Assembly: GCA_036272055.1 (NCBI GenBank)
Contig: DATAZL010000054.1
Coordinates: 33,219-97,218, forward strand
Length of the DNA: 64,000 nucleotides
From: Polyangiaceae bacterium
GTDB lineage: Bacteria > Myxococcota_A > Polyangia > Polyangiales > Polyangiaceae
Reading direction: 5' to 3'
Shown: in pieces, positions 1-8,224 of the stretch
Layout of the letters: each line of letters begins with the position of its first letter
Numbering within the stretch: position 1 is the stretch's first letter
The notes under the pieces: model-generated
What the model was told of the DNA's origin: nothing
What the model saw: the letters and a program-made list of their open reading frames with translations, nothing else
Database searches by the model: none
Program-made: the position numbers and the translations under genes

Positions 1-540
1 CTCGAAGACGCCGTCGATGCGCGTCGCGGGCCGGTTGCCATCGCCGGGGTACTCGAAGGCGAGCGCGCCGGTGAGCGCGGTGTGGAGGTCGAGTGACACG
101 GTGGCGAGCCGGACGGAACCGCCGGGGTCGAAGAGCCGTGAATGGCTTCCGAGGAGGGCCTTCGGGAGCGCGTAGCCTTCGTGAGGGATCGGCTGATCGT
201 GCGGCGGAATGCCGGTCCAGGCATAGCTCGCGGGCGCGGGTTTCTGATCGGCCGGAGTGACGACGGTGACGAGCAGCGCGAGCTCGCCGTCCTTCGGCGC
301 TACCCAGTGTTCGCATGACACCGTATAGCTCGCGAGAGTGATCCGGAGCTCGTTCCTCGCTCCGGGCAGCTCCACATATTCGGCGAAGGCGCTCTTCGTG
401 GTGAAGTGGGTCGTCTCCGAGCCGTCCACGATCGTGACGTCGTGAGCGCGCGACGGCTCGCACGCGAGCGCCATGAGAACGAGAACGAGCCCGAGCGCCG
501 TTCGCCGGCCTTGCTCGAGCCGCCTCTTTCGCACTCGCAT
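1..540 (-). CDS. Hypothetical secreted lipoprotein; N-terminus at 540, C-terminal part runs off the window edge
   Basis: Own minus-strand translation: ATG at 540..538 gives MRVRKRRLEQGRRTALGLVLVLMALAC (basic n-region, hydrophobic core, Cys lipobox). The frame stays open down to base 1. It is absent from the ORF track because there is no stop in the window. Confidence 0.55.
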   Translation of the reverse strand, partial: MRVRKRRLEQGRRTALGLVLVLMALACEPSRAHDVTIVDGSETTHFTTKSAFAEYVELPGARNELRITLASYTVSCEHWVAPKDGELALLVTVVTPADQKPAPASYAWTGIPPHDQPIPHEGYALPKALLGSHSRLFDPGGSVRLATVSLDLHTALTGALAFEYPGDGNRPATRIDGVFE

Positions 541-609
541 CGACGCGATGTACCCTAGCAGCCTCGACGCGCGCGTGGAGCGCCGTTTTGCGGTAATCAT
601 CCAGGGCCC

Positions 610-1503
610 ATGACGACAGAGCGCGCACTCCTCATCGTGGGCCACGGGACGATCGTCGACCTTGCCGACGTGCCGGAGTTCCTGCGTCGCATCCGCCGAG
701 GCCGGCCCGCATCGGACGAGCTCGTCGCCGAGATCCGGCGTCGCTACCGAGCGATCCGTCGTTCGCCGCTGCTCGACACGACCGAGTCGCTCGGGCGCGC
801 GCTCGAGACGAAGCTCGGAATGACGACGCGCGTGTCGATGCGGTTCTGGGATCCGCTCGTCGAGAACGTCGTGAAGGACCTCGTGGCGGGCGGCGTGAAG
901 GAGCTCTGCGTGCTTCCGGTCGCGCCGTTCAGCGTGCACGTGTACGCCGACGTCGTCGCACGCGCCCTCGGCACGCCCACCGACGTGAAGCTCGTTCCCG
1001 TCGCGCCCTACGGAACGGATCCGGCGTTCATCACCGCGCAGGTCGCCAGGGTGCGGCCGCTTCTCGCCGGAAAAGATCCCGCCGTCACCGAGCTCGTGCT
1101 GAGCGCGCACAGCTTGCCGCGCGCCGTGATCGCGTCGGGAGATCCGTATCAGCGGCTCTTCGAAGAGAGCGCGCGCGCCATCGTCAGCGAGCTCGGCTGG
1201 GACGCGAAGATCGTCTATCAGAGCCAGGGTGCCGACGGCGGGGACTGGCTCGGTCCGACGCTGGACGACGCGCTCGTCGCCGCGCGCGACGGCGGGAAGA
1301 GCATCGTCGTCAACGCTCCGGTGGGCTTCCTCGCCGACCACGTCGAGACGCTCTACGATCTCGACATCGAAGCCGCGGCCCGGGCAAAGGACCTGGGCCT
1401 CGTCTTCGAGCGCGCGCCGACGCTGGGAGACGACGCGGCGCTCGTCGACGTTCTCGCCAACGTGGTCCGCCGCGCCTTTGCCTCCCACGACGGTCCCTCA
1501 TGA
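610..1503 (+). CDS. hemH: Ferrochelatase
   Basis: 297-aa ORF with LLIVGHGT near the N-terminus, the LSAHSLP motif and GFLADHVETLYDLD, all typical of ferrochelatase. Confidence 0.9.
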   Translation: MTTERALLIVGHGTIVDLADVPEFLRRIRRGRPASDELVAEIRRRYRAIRRSPLLDTTESLGRALETKLGMTTRVSMRFWDPLVENVVKDLVAGGVKELCVLPVAPFSVHVYADVVARALGTPTDVKLVPVAPYGTDPAFITAQVARVRPLLAGKDPAVTELVLSAHSLPRAVIASGDPYQRLFEESARAIVSELGWDAKIVYQSQGADGGDWLGPTLDDALVAARDGGKSIVVNAPVGFLADHVETLYDLDIEAAARAKDLGLVFERAPTLGDDAALVDVLANVVRRAFASHDGPS

Positions 1504-2546
1504 AGACGACACGGCCCGTAACGAAGCTTTTTCTGGCGGCGCTCCTCGCGCTCGTTGCTTGCGGCGGCTGCGGCATCTTCCGCGGTGCCATCAACGACAG
1601 CCCGAGCATTCGCTGGTTTCTCTTCTCGACCTTCGGCGCCGGCCGGGTGTGCCCCGAGATGTTGAAGCGCGGCGCGCCGCTCCAGCTCGTGCCCGGTGGC
1701 GAGACCCTCGGCCGATTCTTCCCGAGCGGCTGCCGCGTCGACACCAACGGCGACACGCAGACCATCACGCTGCACTTCACCGGCACCGGCTACGCCTGGA
1801 CGCCGATCGCCGGGCGCATGGGTTTCTCCGTCGAAGCGGCGATCGAGTATCGCCCGGATTTCCGGCTCGAGAGCGACGCGATGTACGTCTGGGCCCGCTA
1901 TAACCGGGTGACGTACGGTCCCATCTTCTCGATCGGCTACATCGAGAACAAGCTCGCCGACTGGGCGGCGCGTACGCCCGCGGGTTACCTCGCCACGACG
2001 TTCGGAAGCCAGATCGTGCAGAGCCAGCTCGCGAGCGGCTTCACGGTGGTCCGCACCGATCAGGGCGACGACTTCTCGCTCGGGATCCTGAATCCACCGC
2101 AGCGACCGATTCACCCGATCGCCATCGCCGATTCCGATCACGTGCTCCTCGACAGCGAGACGACCGACGTCCGGCCGAACCAGGTCGATTTCCTCGGCCC
2201 CTACGAGGTCGCCTCCGGGGGTCAGGCGCTGTTCCTGCACTTCAAGCTGACGGGGCCCGCCGTCGACGTGCTCGTGCTGTCGCGCAATCAGGGCGATCCG
2301 TGGCGCGAGTCGATGCAGCAAGGAAACCCGCTCACGCCGCCCGCGTCACCGCCGCTCCAGGCCTTCGTCGTGCAGCCGAACCAGGATCAGACCGAGCGCG
2401 TGCTCGTGCCCGCGGGGCAGTATTACCTCGTGGTCGACAACTCGAACATCGTCGGAAGCGTCGCGCCGCCCTGGAGCCCGATGAACGTTCTCGGCGGCGG
2501 CGCCGCGGTGCTCTCCTATTCGGTGGAGCTCGGCGACGCAGACTGA
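1500..2546 (+). CDS. Hypothetical lipoprotein, translationally coupled to hemH
   Basis: 348-aa ORF whose ATG overlaps the hemH TGA (ATGA at 1500-1503). Signal peptide with lipobox LALVAC. No family recognised. Confidence 0.75.
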   Translation: MKTTRPVTKLFLAALLALVACGGCGIFRGAINDSPSIRWFLFSTFGAGRVCPEMLKRGAPLQLVPGGETLGRFFPSGCRVDTNGDTQTITLHFTGTGYAWTPIAGRMGFSVEAAIEYRPDFRLESDAMYVWARYNRVTYGPIFSIGYIENKLADWAARTPAGYLATTFGSQIVQSQLASGFTVVRTDQGDDFSLGILNPPQRPIHPIAIADSDHVLLDSETTDVRPNQVDFLGPYEVASGGQALFLHFKLTGPAVDVLVLSRNQGDPWRESMQQGNPLTPPASPPLQAFVVQPNQDQTERVLVPAGQYYLVVDNSNIVGSVAPPWSPMNVLGGGAAVLSYSVELGDAD

Positions 2547-2564
2547 GCGCGTCGAACGCCGCGG

Positions 2565-3659
2565 TCAGCCGAACGGGTTCGCGCCGTAGTCCGCGCCCGC
2601 GCGGCTGAGCTTCACGCGCCAGTCCACCGGCAGGTCGAGGAACCCCTCGAGACAGAGGAAGTCGTAGAGCGCGTTGCAGACGACCTCGCACGTCTCGCTG
2701 TAGACGTGCGGATCGGTGAAGAAGCGCACCGTCTCTTCGTGCACGTCGTTTCCCTCGGGGACGAGCGCGGCCACGAGCTGGTCGGCGCAGAAGTTCACCA
2801 TCTGCTGCACGAGCAGGCGCTCCCACTCGACGCGAAACGCCTGGAAGCAATCGGGGAGCACCTTGTAGCCGACGCTGTTCGGCTGCCGCGCGGTGTGCGC
2901 GTTCCGGATGGTGAGCTTCGCCATCTGCTCGAGCCGCGCGGGAAGGTGATTCTGGAAAAAATCGATCAGCACCGTGGTGAAGATCGTCATCACGCGGTTC
3001 AGCTCCGGAGAGCGACGCGAGAGGAACGCGACCTGGAGATCGCGCTCGGTCTTCGCGAGGAGCTCGAGCGTCGCGGCCTTCACGTCGTCGCCCGCGTAGT
3101 CGAACCCCTCGAGCTCGGTGCGGATGCGGTTCTTGTAACGAGAGAGCACGTAGTAGAGGCCCTGCTCGGCGTAGTGGATGGTCTTGTCCTTGTCGCCCTT
3201 GGTCTTCTCGTGGAGCTCGCTCTCGAAGAAGAGCTTGGCGACGCGACGACCGATGGGTTTCAGGTTCTGGCGGATGAGATTTCCGCGCTCGCCGTCCGAG
3301 CAGACACGGCCGAGGAGCTCGGTGAGCGTCGCGACGTGGCGCGCCTCGATCACGTCGGGGTCCTCGCTGGTCGGGCCGCTCGACGTGAAGGCGGCCTGCA
3401 TCTGCTTCAGCTGCGCGACGACCTGCGCGGTGATGGCGTCGAGCTCCGGGCTCGTCTCGAGGTCGCCCTTGTAGTGGACTATCCGCGCCTGCACCTGCTC
3501 GTTCAGGAGGCCGATGGCCCGGAGCGAGAGCGCGTCCTTGTCCCCCTGGCTCAGCGCCTCGCTGCCCGCGCCGCGGTCCCTCGGCGCGCCGGAGCGCGTA
3601 TGAGAAGGCGGCGGAGGGGGGCGCCTCGGCGGCGGCTTCGGTGGTGACGGGTCACTCAC
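2565..3659 (-). CDS. Hypothetical protein with Pro-rich N-terminus
   Basis: 364-aa ORF. N-terminus PPKPPPRRPPPPP, followed by a non-repetitive region of balanced composition (for example YYVLSRYKNRIRTELEGFDY). No family recognised. Confidence 0.7.
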   Translation of the reverse strand: MSDPSPPKPPPRRPPPPPSHTRSGAPRDRGAGSEALSQGDKDALSLRAIGLLNEQVQARIVHYKGDLETSPELDAITAQVVAQLKQMQAAFTSSGPTSEDPDVIEARHVATLTELLGRVCSDGERGNLIRQNLKPIGRRVAKLFFESELHEKTKGDKDKTIHYAEQGLYYVLSRYKNRIRTELEGFDYAGDDVKAATLELLAKTERDLQVAFLSRRSPELNRVMTIFTTVLIDFFQNHLPARLEQMAKLTIRNAHTARQPNSVGYKVLPDCFQAFRVEWERLLVQQMVNFCADQLVAALVPEGNDVHEETVRFFTDPHVYSETCEVVCNALYDFLCLEGFLDLPVDWRVKLSRAGADYGANPFG

Positions 3660-3789
3660 GGGAAGCCTTCAGCGTATCACGAGCGACCGCGCCCTTCTCG
3701 CGGGAGCCGTTACGGGAAATTCACGGCGCTTCTGTAAGCAAGAGAACCCGCGTCCGTTGTAGAAAGGAATCTTCCGGAGATCCCGTTCC

Positions 3790-5775
3790 ATGCGTTTTGC
3801 CTCGCTCCTGGCTCCATCCATTCTCGCCGTGGTTCTCGCCCCTCTGACGACGGGCTGCGCCCGCGGCCCGAACGTCCAGTCCGATCTCCCGCTCCGTCGG
3901 GTCGTCATCTACCGAAACGGCGTCGGCTACTTCGAGCGCGCCGGCAAGGTCGACGCCGACGAGGTGAAGTTTCGAATGCGCGGGCGCATGGTCGGCGACT
4001 TCCTCGCGACGCTCGCGATCGTCGAGCAGGGCGGGGGAACGGTACGGAGCGCGTCGTTCCCCATCGACGTGAAGGATCAGGACAACGCGGCGCCGCCGCC
4101 GGTGCCGCTCGAAGACCGCAGCATGCTCAAGCCGTGGCCCGAGCCAAAGGCCGACAAGAAAGATCCGAACAAGCTCCGTGACGTCGTGCTGTCGCTCGAC
4201 GGCTCGGAGCACAATCTGTCAATCGGTTACGTCGCGGAGACGCCGGTATGGCGGCCGTCGTATCGCGTCGTCGTCAACGACGGCGGTCAGGCCGATCTGC
4301 AGACGTGGGGAATAGTGCAGAACCTCTCCGGCGAGGACTGGTCGAACGTCGACCTCGTGCTCGTCGCGGGCGCGCCGATCGCGTTCCAGTCCACCCTGGG
4401 CACGCCCGTCGTCCCCGATCGCCCGGTGGTGAACGACAGCGGCGAGGTCATCGCCGCCGTGCCGACGGGGGAGACGACTCTCGCGAATCAGCCCGCGCCG
4501 GAACCGCCGCCGCCGCCCCAGGCTCCCGCGCCGGTCATGGAGCAGGCGGAGATGGACGAGGATGCGCCGCGCGACTCGAAGGCAGAAGGAGGTCGCGCGC
4601 GCGATGCGATGAAGAAGACGGCATCGAGCGCCGCTCCACGGAGCGCGGCGAAGCCGATGCCAATGGCCGTCGGTGGCCTTGCCGGTTACGGCGCGGCAGC
4701 GAGCGCGCCGATGGCGCAGGCGATCAGCGCGCCGCGCAAGGTGAGCGCACTCGCCGCCGTCGCGCTCGAGGCAGGGACGACGCGCTACAGCTTGCCCCAG
4801 CGGGTGACGGTGCCGGACGAGAGCGCGACCATGGTGCTGCTGCTCCACGCGCGCGTCCCCGGTGCGGCCGTCTTCCTGTTCTCCCCGGATCCCGGCGTCC
4901 CGGACTCGTCGTCGCATCCGTTCCGCGTGGTGCGCTTCACCAACGCCTCGACCGGTCTCCTCGAGCGCGGGCCGATCGCCGTCTTCGAGAAGGGCTCGTT
5001 CCTCGGCGAGGGCGTGCTCGAGCCGCTGCCCCCGAAGGCGACGGCGACGGTGCCGTTCGCGCTCGAGCGTGGCCTCGCCGTGCAGAGCGAAGCGCGATTC
5101 GACCAGCTCGGCGCGCGCATCCTGAAGATCGAGGCGAGCCAGCTCTGGATCGAACGCGACCAGGTTCACAAGACGACCTACAAGGTGCAAAATGGCGGAA
5201 GCGACCCGGCGCACGTGCTCATCAAGCACCCGAGGGCGGTCGGCGCGCGGCTCTTCCAGCCGCCGCCCGGCACCGAAGACAACGTCGGCACCGGGAGCGC
5301 GCTCGTCCCGCTCGACGTCAAGGCGCTCGGGAGCGGCCAGCTCGTGGTCGACGAGCGGAGCCCGTATCAGGAGCCGGTGGACTGGCTCGACGACCTCGCC
5401 GGCGTCGCCGTCAAGGCGTACCTCGCCGACTCGCGCAGCGACCAGAAGATCGTCACGCAGCTCGGGCCCGCCTGGGCGGTGCGCGACAAGCTCCGCGCCC
5501 TCGGCGACGAGCGGAACGGCCTGACCACGGAGCAGGCCGATCTCCAGCGCAACACGCAGGAGTCGCGCCTCAGCCTCAAGGCCATCGAGAAGAACAAGAA
5601 AGCCGCCGATCTAGCGGCAAAGCTGACCGATCGCCTGAGGCGGGACACCGACCGGCTCGACGCGATCACGAAGCGCCTCGTAGAAATCGACCTTGCAAGT
5701 CGCGAGCAGGAAGTACGCTTCCGCGACGCGATCCGGGACATCGTCCTGGTCGCGCCTCCGCCTCCCAAGGACTGA
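3790..5775 (+). CDS. Lipoprotein, DUF4139/DUF4140-like, with charged coiled-coil-like C-terminus
   Basis: 661-aa ORF with lipobox LTTGC. The N-terminal LRRVVIYRNGVGYFERAGKV resembles DUF4139-type proteins, but the family call is from memory only. Contains a Pro/Ala-rich linker, and the C-terminal 100 aa are rich in L/R/E/K/D. Confidence 0.65.
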   Translation: MRFASLLAPSILAVVLAPLTTGCARGPNVQSDLPLRRVVIYRNGVGYFERAGKVDADEVKFRMRGRMVGDFLATLAIVEQGGGTVRSASFPIDVKDQDNAAPPPVPLEDRSMLKPWPEPKADKKDPNKLRDVVLSLDGSEHNLSIGYVAETPVWRPSYRVVVNDGGQADLQTWGIVQNLSGEDWSNVDLVLVAGAPIAFQSTLGTPVVPDRPVVNDSGEVIAAVPTGETTLANQPAPEPPPPPQAPAPVMEQAEMDEDAPRDSKAEGGRARDAMKKTASSAAPRSAAKPMPMAVGGLAGYGAAASAPMAQAISAPRKVSALAAVALEAGTTRYSLPQRVTVPDESATMVLLLHARVPGAAVFLFSPDPGVPDSSSHPFRVVRFTNASTGLLERGPIAVFEKGSFLGEGVLEPLPPKATATVPFALERGLAVQSEARFDQLGARILKIEASQLWIERDQVHKTTYKVQNGGSDPAHVLIKHPRAVGARLFQPPPGTEDNVGTGSALVPLDVKALGSGQLVVDERSPYQEPVDWLDDLAGVAVKAYLADSRSDQKIVTQLGPAWAVRDKLRALGDERNGLTTEQADLQRNTQESRLSLKAIEKNKKAADLAAKLTDRLRRDTDRLDAITKRLVEIDLASREQEVRFRDAIRDIVLVAPPPPKD

Positions 5776-5781
5776 CCCGCG

Positions 5782-6015
5782 ATGACGAAGACCGAGCTCA
5801 CCCAGGCGCTCAAGAACGCCTTCCCCGACAGTGACGTCGAGGTGACGGATCTGACGGGCACGTCGGACCACTACCAGGCGAAGATCGTCTCCGACGCCTT
5901 CGAGGGCAAGAACCGCATCGCGCAGCATCGCATGGTGTACGCAGCGCTCGGCGACGCGATGAAGGGCGCCGTTCACGCGCTCGCGCTCCAGACCTCGTCG
6001 CGAAGCAAGCGCTGA
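5782..6015 (+). CDS. BolA-family protein
   Basis: 77-aa ORF. SDHYQAKIVSDAFEGKNRIAQHRMVYAAL...VHALAL matches the BolA/IbaG signature. Confidence 0.85.
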   Translation: MTKTELTQALKNAFPDSDVEVTDLTGTSDHYQAKIVSDAFEGKNRIAQHRMVYAALGDAMKGAVHALALQTSSRSKR

Positions 6016-6021
6016 GCCGAG

Positions 6022-7296
6022 ATGGTCCCGAGCGGGCAGGCCGAGGCAGGGCCGGCGAGCGGCACGCGGGCCGGCGGCGACGCGCCGAAGAAGGGGAACG
6101 TCCTCCTCACGGTGCTCGTCGCTGCGCTCGGTTACTTCGTCGACATCTACGATCTGATCCTCTTCCTCGTCGTGCGCGTGAAGAGCCTCCGCGGCATCGG
6201 CGTGCCGGCGAACCAGCTGCTCGATCGCGGCGTGATGCTGCTCAACATGCAGATGCTCGGCATGCTCGCCGGTGGCATCCTCTGGGGCGTCCTCGGAGAC
6301 CGCCGCGGTCGTCTCTCGGTGCTCCTCGGGTCGATCTTCCTCTACTCGACGGCGAACATCGCGAACGGCTTCGTCCAGACCGTCGAGCAGTACGCCGCCC
6401 TCCGGCTCATCGCTGGCATAGGGCTCGCCGGGGAGCTCGGGGCCGGTGTGACGCTGGTGAGCGAGGTGATGAGCCGCGAAAAGCGCGGCTGGGGAACGAC
6501 GGCCATCGCGGGCGTCGGGCTCTTCGGCGCCATCGTCGCCGCGCTCGTCGGTGGCTCCACGAAGTGGCAGACCGCGTACTTCATCGGTGGTGGCCTCGGT
6601 TTCTGTCTGCTCGCACTCCGGGCCGCCGTCTACGAGTCGAAGATGTTTCTCGGCATGCGCGCGGCGAACGTCACCAGCGGCAATTTCCTGATGCTGTTCG
6701 CGACGAGGGATCGCCTCCGCCGCTATCTCGCGGTGATATTCGTCGGGGCACCGATCTGGTTTTGTCTGAGCGTCCTCGTTGCACTGTCGCCGGAGCTGTC
6801 CCGTGCCATGGGCCTCGCTGAGCCCCCCGACCCCGGCAGGGCCGTCCTCATTTTCTATTCGGGTGCGTGCGCGGGGGACATCGCCAGCGGCGCGCTGAGC
6901 CAGCTCCTCGCCAGCCGCAAGAAGGTCCTCGGCATCTTCATCGCGCTGACGGCCGTGGCCCAGGGCACGTACTTCGCCGTGGCCGGGCACTCGCTGTTCG
7001 CCCTCTACGCTTGTTGCGCGTTCCTCGGGCTCGCGACCGGCTACTGGGCGGTGTTCGTAACCGTCGCTGCCGAGCACTTCGGGACCAACCTGCGGGCGAC
7101 CACGACCACCACGGCGCCGAACTTCGTCCGCGGCTCCGTCGTGCCGATGACCATGCTCTTCCAGGCAATGCGTCCGAAATTCGGGGACGTGGCGAGCGCT
7201 GCCGCGGTCGGAGTGGGGACGATCGTCATCGCCATCGTCGCCCTCTCGCAGCTGGACGAAACCTTCGGCAGGGACCTCGATTATTTCGAACGGTGA
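6022..7296 (+). CDS. MFS transporter
   Basis: 424-aa ORF with about 12 hydrophobic segments and an LGDRRGR loop motif after TM2. Confidence 0.85.
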   Translation: MVPSGQAEAGPASGTRAGGDAPKKGNVLLTVLVAALGYFVDIYDLILFLVVRVKSLRGIGVPANQLLDRGVMLLNMQMLGMLAGGILWGVLGDRRGRLSVLLGSIFLYSTANIANGFVQTVEQYAALRLIAGIGLAGELGAGVTLVSEVMSREKRGWGTTAIAGVGLFGAIVAALVGGSTKWQTAYFIGGGLGFCLLALRAAVYESKMFLGMRAANVTSGNFLMLFATRDRLRRYLAVIFVGAPIWFCLSVLVALSPELSRAMGLAEPPDPGRAVLIFYSGACAGDIASGALSQLLASRKKVLGIFIALTAVAQGTYFAVAGHSLFALYACCAFLGLATGYWAVFVTVAAEHFGTNLRATTTTTAPNFVRGSVVPMTMLFQAMRPKFGDVASAAAVGVGTIVIAIVALSQLDETFGRDLDYFER

Positions 7297-7473
7297 CTCG
7301 GGGCCGCGGGGGCCAGCGCCATCGGCGTCGTCGGGGGGTATGTCGGCTCGAAGAGGTGCCTACGATTTCAGACACCGTCCAGTAAGGTTGACGGTTTTTT
7401 CGGGCGACCCTGCTCGACTGTAGCCTGATCCACACGATCGGGCGTTGGTACGGAAGCTGCGAAGGGGCTCGTC

Positions 7474-8217
7474 ATGCTCACGAGCCAGCACGTGTTTGAG
7501 TGGGAGCCGAGTCTCGACGAGTTCACGCTGGACGGGTTTCTCGACGGGTCATTTCGACTGGTCGAGCTCGTTCGCGACGACGCGGTCTGCCGGGCGGTCC
7601 TGAAGCGGGAGCGCCCGCCGGGGAAGCTCAGCGCGCGCGAACGCTGCGTCATCGAGCGCCTCATCGGCGGGTCGAGCCAGAAGACCGTCTCCTTCGACCT
7701 GGGGGTGGCCCTGACGACCGTCAGTGTTCACCTGAGGGTCGCCCTCGACAAGCTGGGCATCCGGCTCTGGGAGCACGCAGTGCTGGCCGGCGCGATCATC
7801 CAGAGCGGGGACGCCATGGACAGTGATTCGTCCGACAGCGAACCCACCGAGCGGCTCGCGGTGGTGAAGGTCGAGCTCGCGAGAACGGCGCTCGCGCAAT
7901 TGACCGACGCAGAGCGGGAGGTCGCGCTCCTCGTCGTCGACGGGCTGACGAACGCCGAGATCGGCGTCCAGCGAAACACGAGCCCGCGTACGGTCGCCAA
8001 TCAGGTCGCCGCCGTCTTCCGGAAGCTCGGCGTGCACGGGCGACTCGAGCTCATCCGGAAGCTCTCCCTCGCCGCGCCGAACGTCGCGGAGCGGCTCGAT
8101 TCCTCGATACCGCCCCGCCTCGAGAGCGCACCTCCCGCACCGCGACCTTTTGCGGACGTCGCCGCGCTACCCATCATCCCGCACACGCCGCCCTGGCCCG
8201 AGCTGTCACCCGTCTGA
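7474..8217 (+). CDS. LuxR-family transcription regulator with two tandem LuxR-type HTH modules
   Basis: 247-aa ORF. First HTH module: LSARERCVIERLIGGSSQKTVSFDLGVALTTVSVHLRVALDKLGI. Second HTH module: LTDAEREVALLVVDGLTNAEIGVQRNTSPRTVANQVAAVFRKLGV. Confidence 0.8.
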   Translation: MLTSQHVFEWEPSLDEFTLDGFLDGSFRLVELVRDDAVCRAVLKRERPPGKLSARERCVIERLIGGSSQKTVSFDLGVALTTVSVHLRVALDKLGIRLWEHAVLAGAIIQSGDAMDSDSSDSEPTERLAVVKVELARTALAQLTDAEREVALLVVDGLTNAEIGVQRNTSPRTVANQVAAVFRKLGVHGRLELIRKLSLAAPNVAERLDSSIPPRLESAPPAPRPFADVAALPIIPHTPPWPELSPV

Positions 8218-8224
8218 GGCTCGC

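Noticed and set aside
5611-7077. 488-aa minus-strand ORF overlapping the BolA and MFS genes
   Set aside because: Its Arg/Ala/Glu/Asp-rich composition is typical of a shadow ORF in GC-rich DNA. The opposite strand encodes clearly recognisable BolA and MFS proteins.
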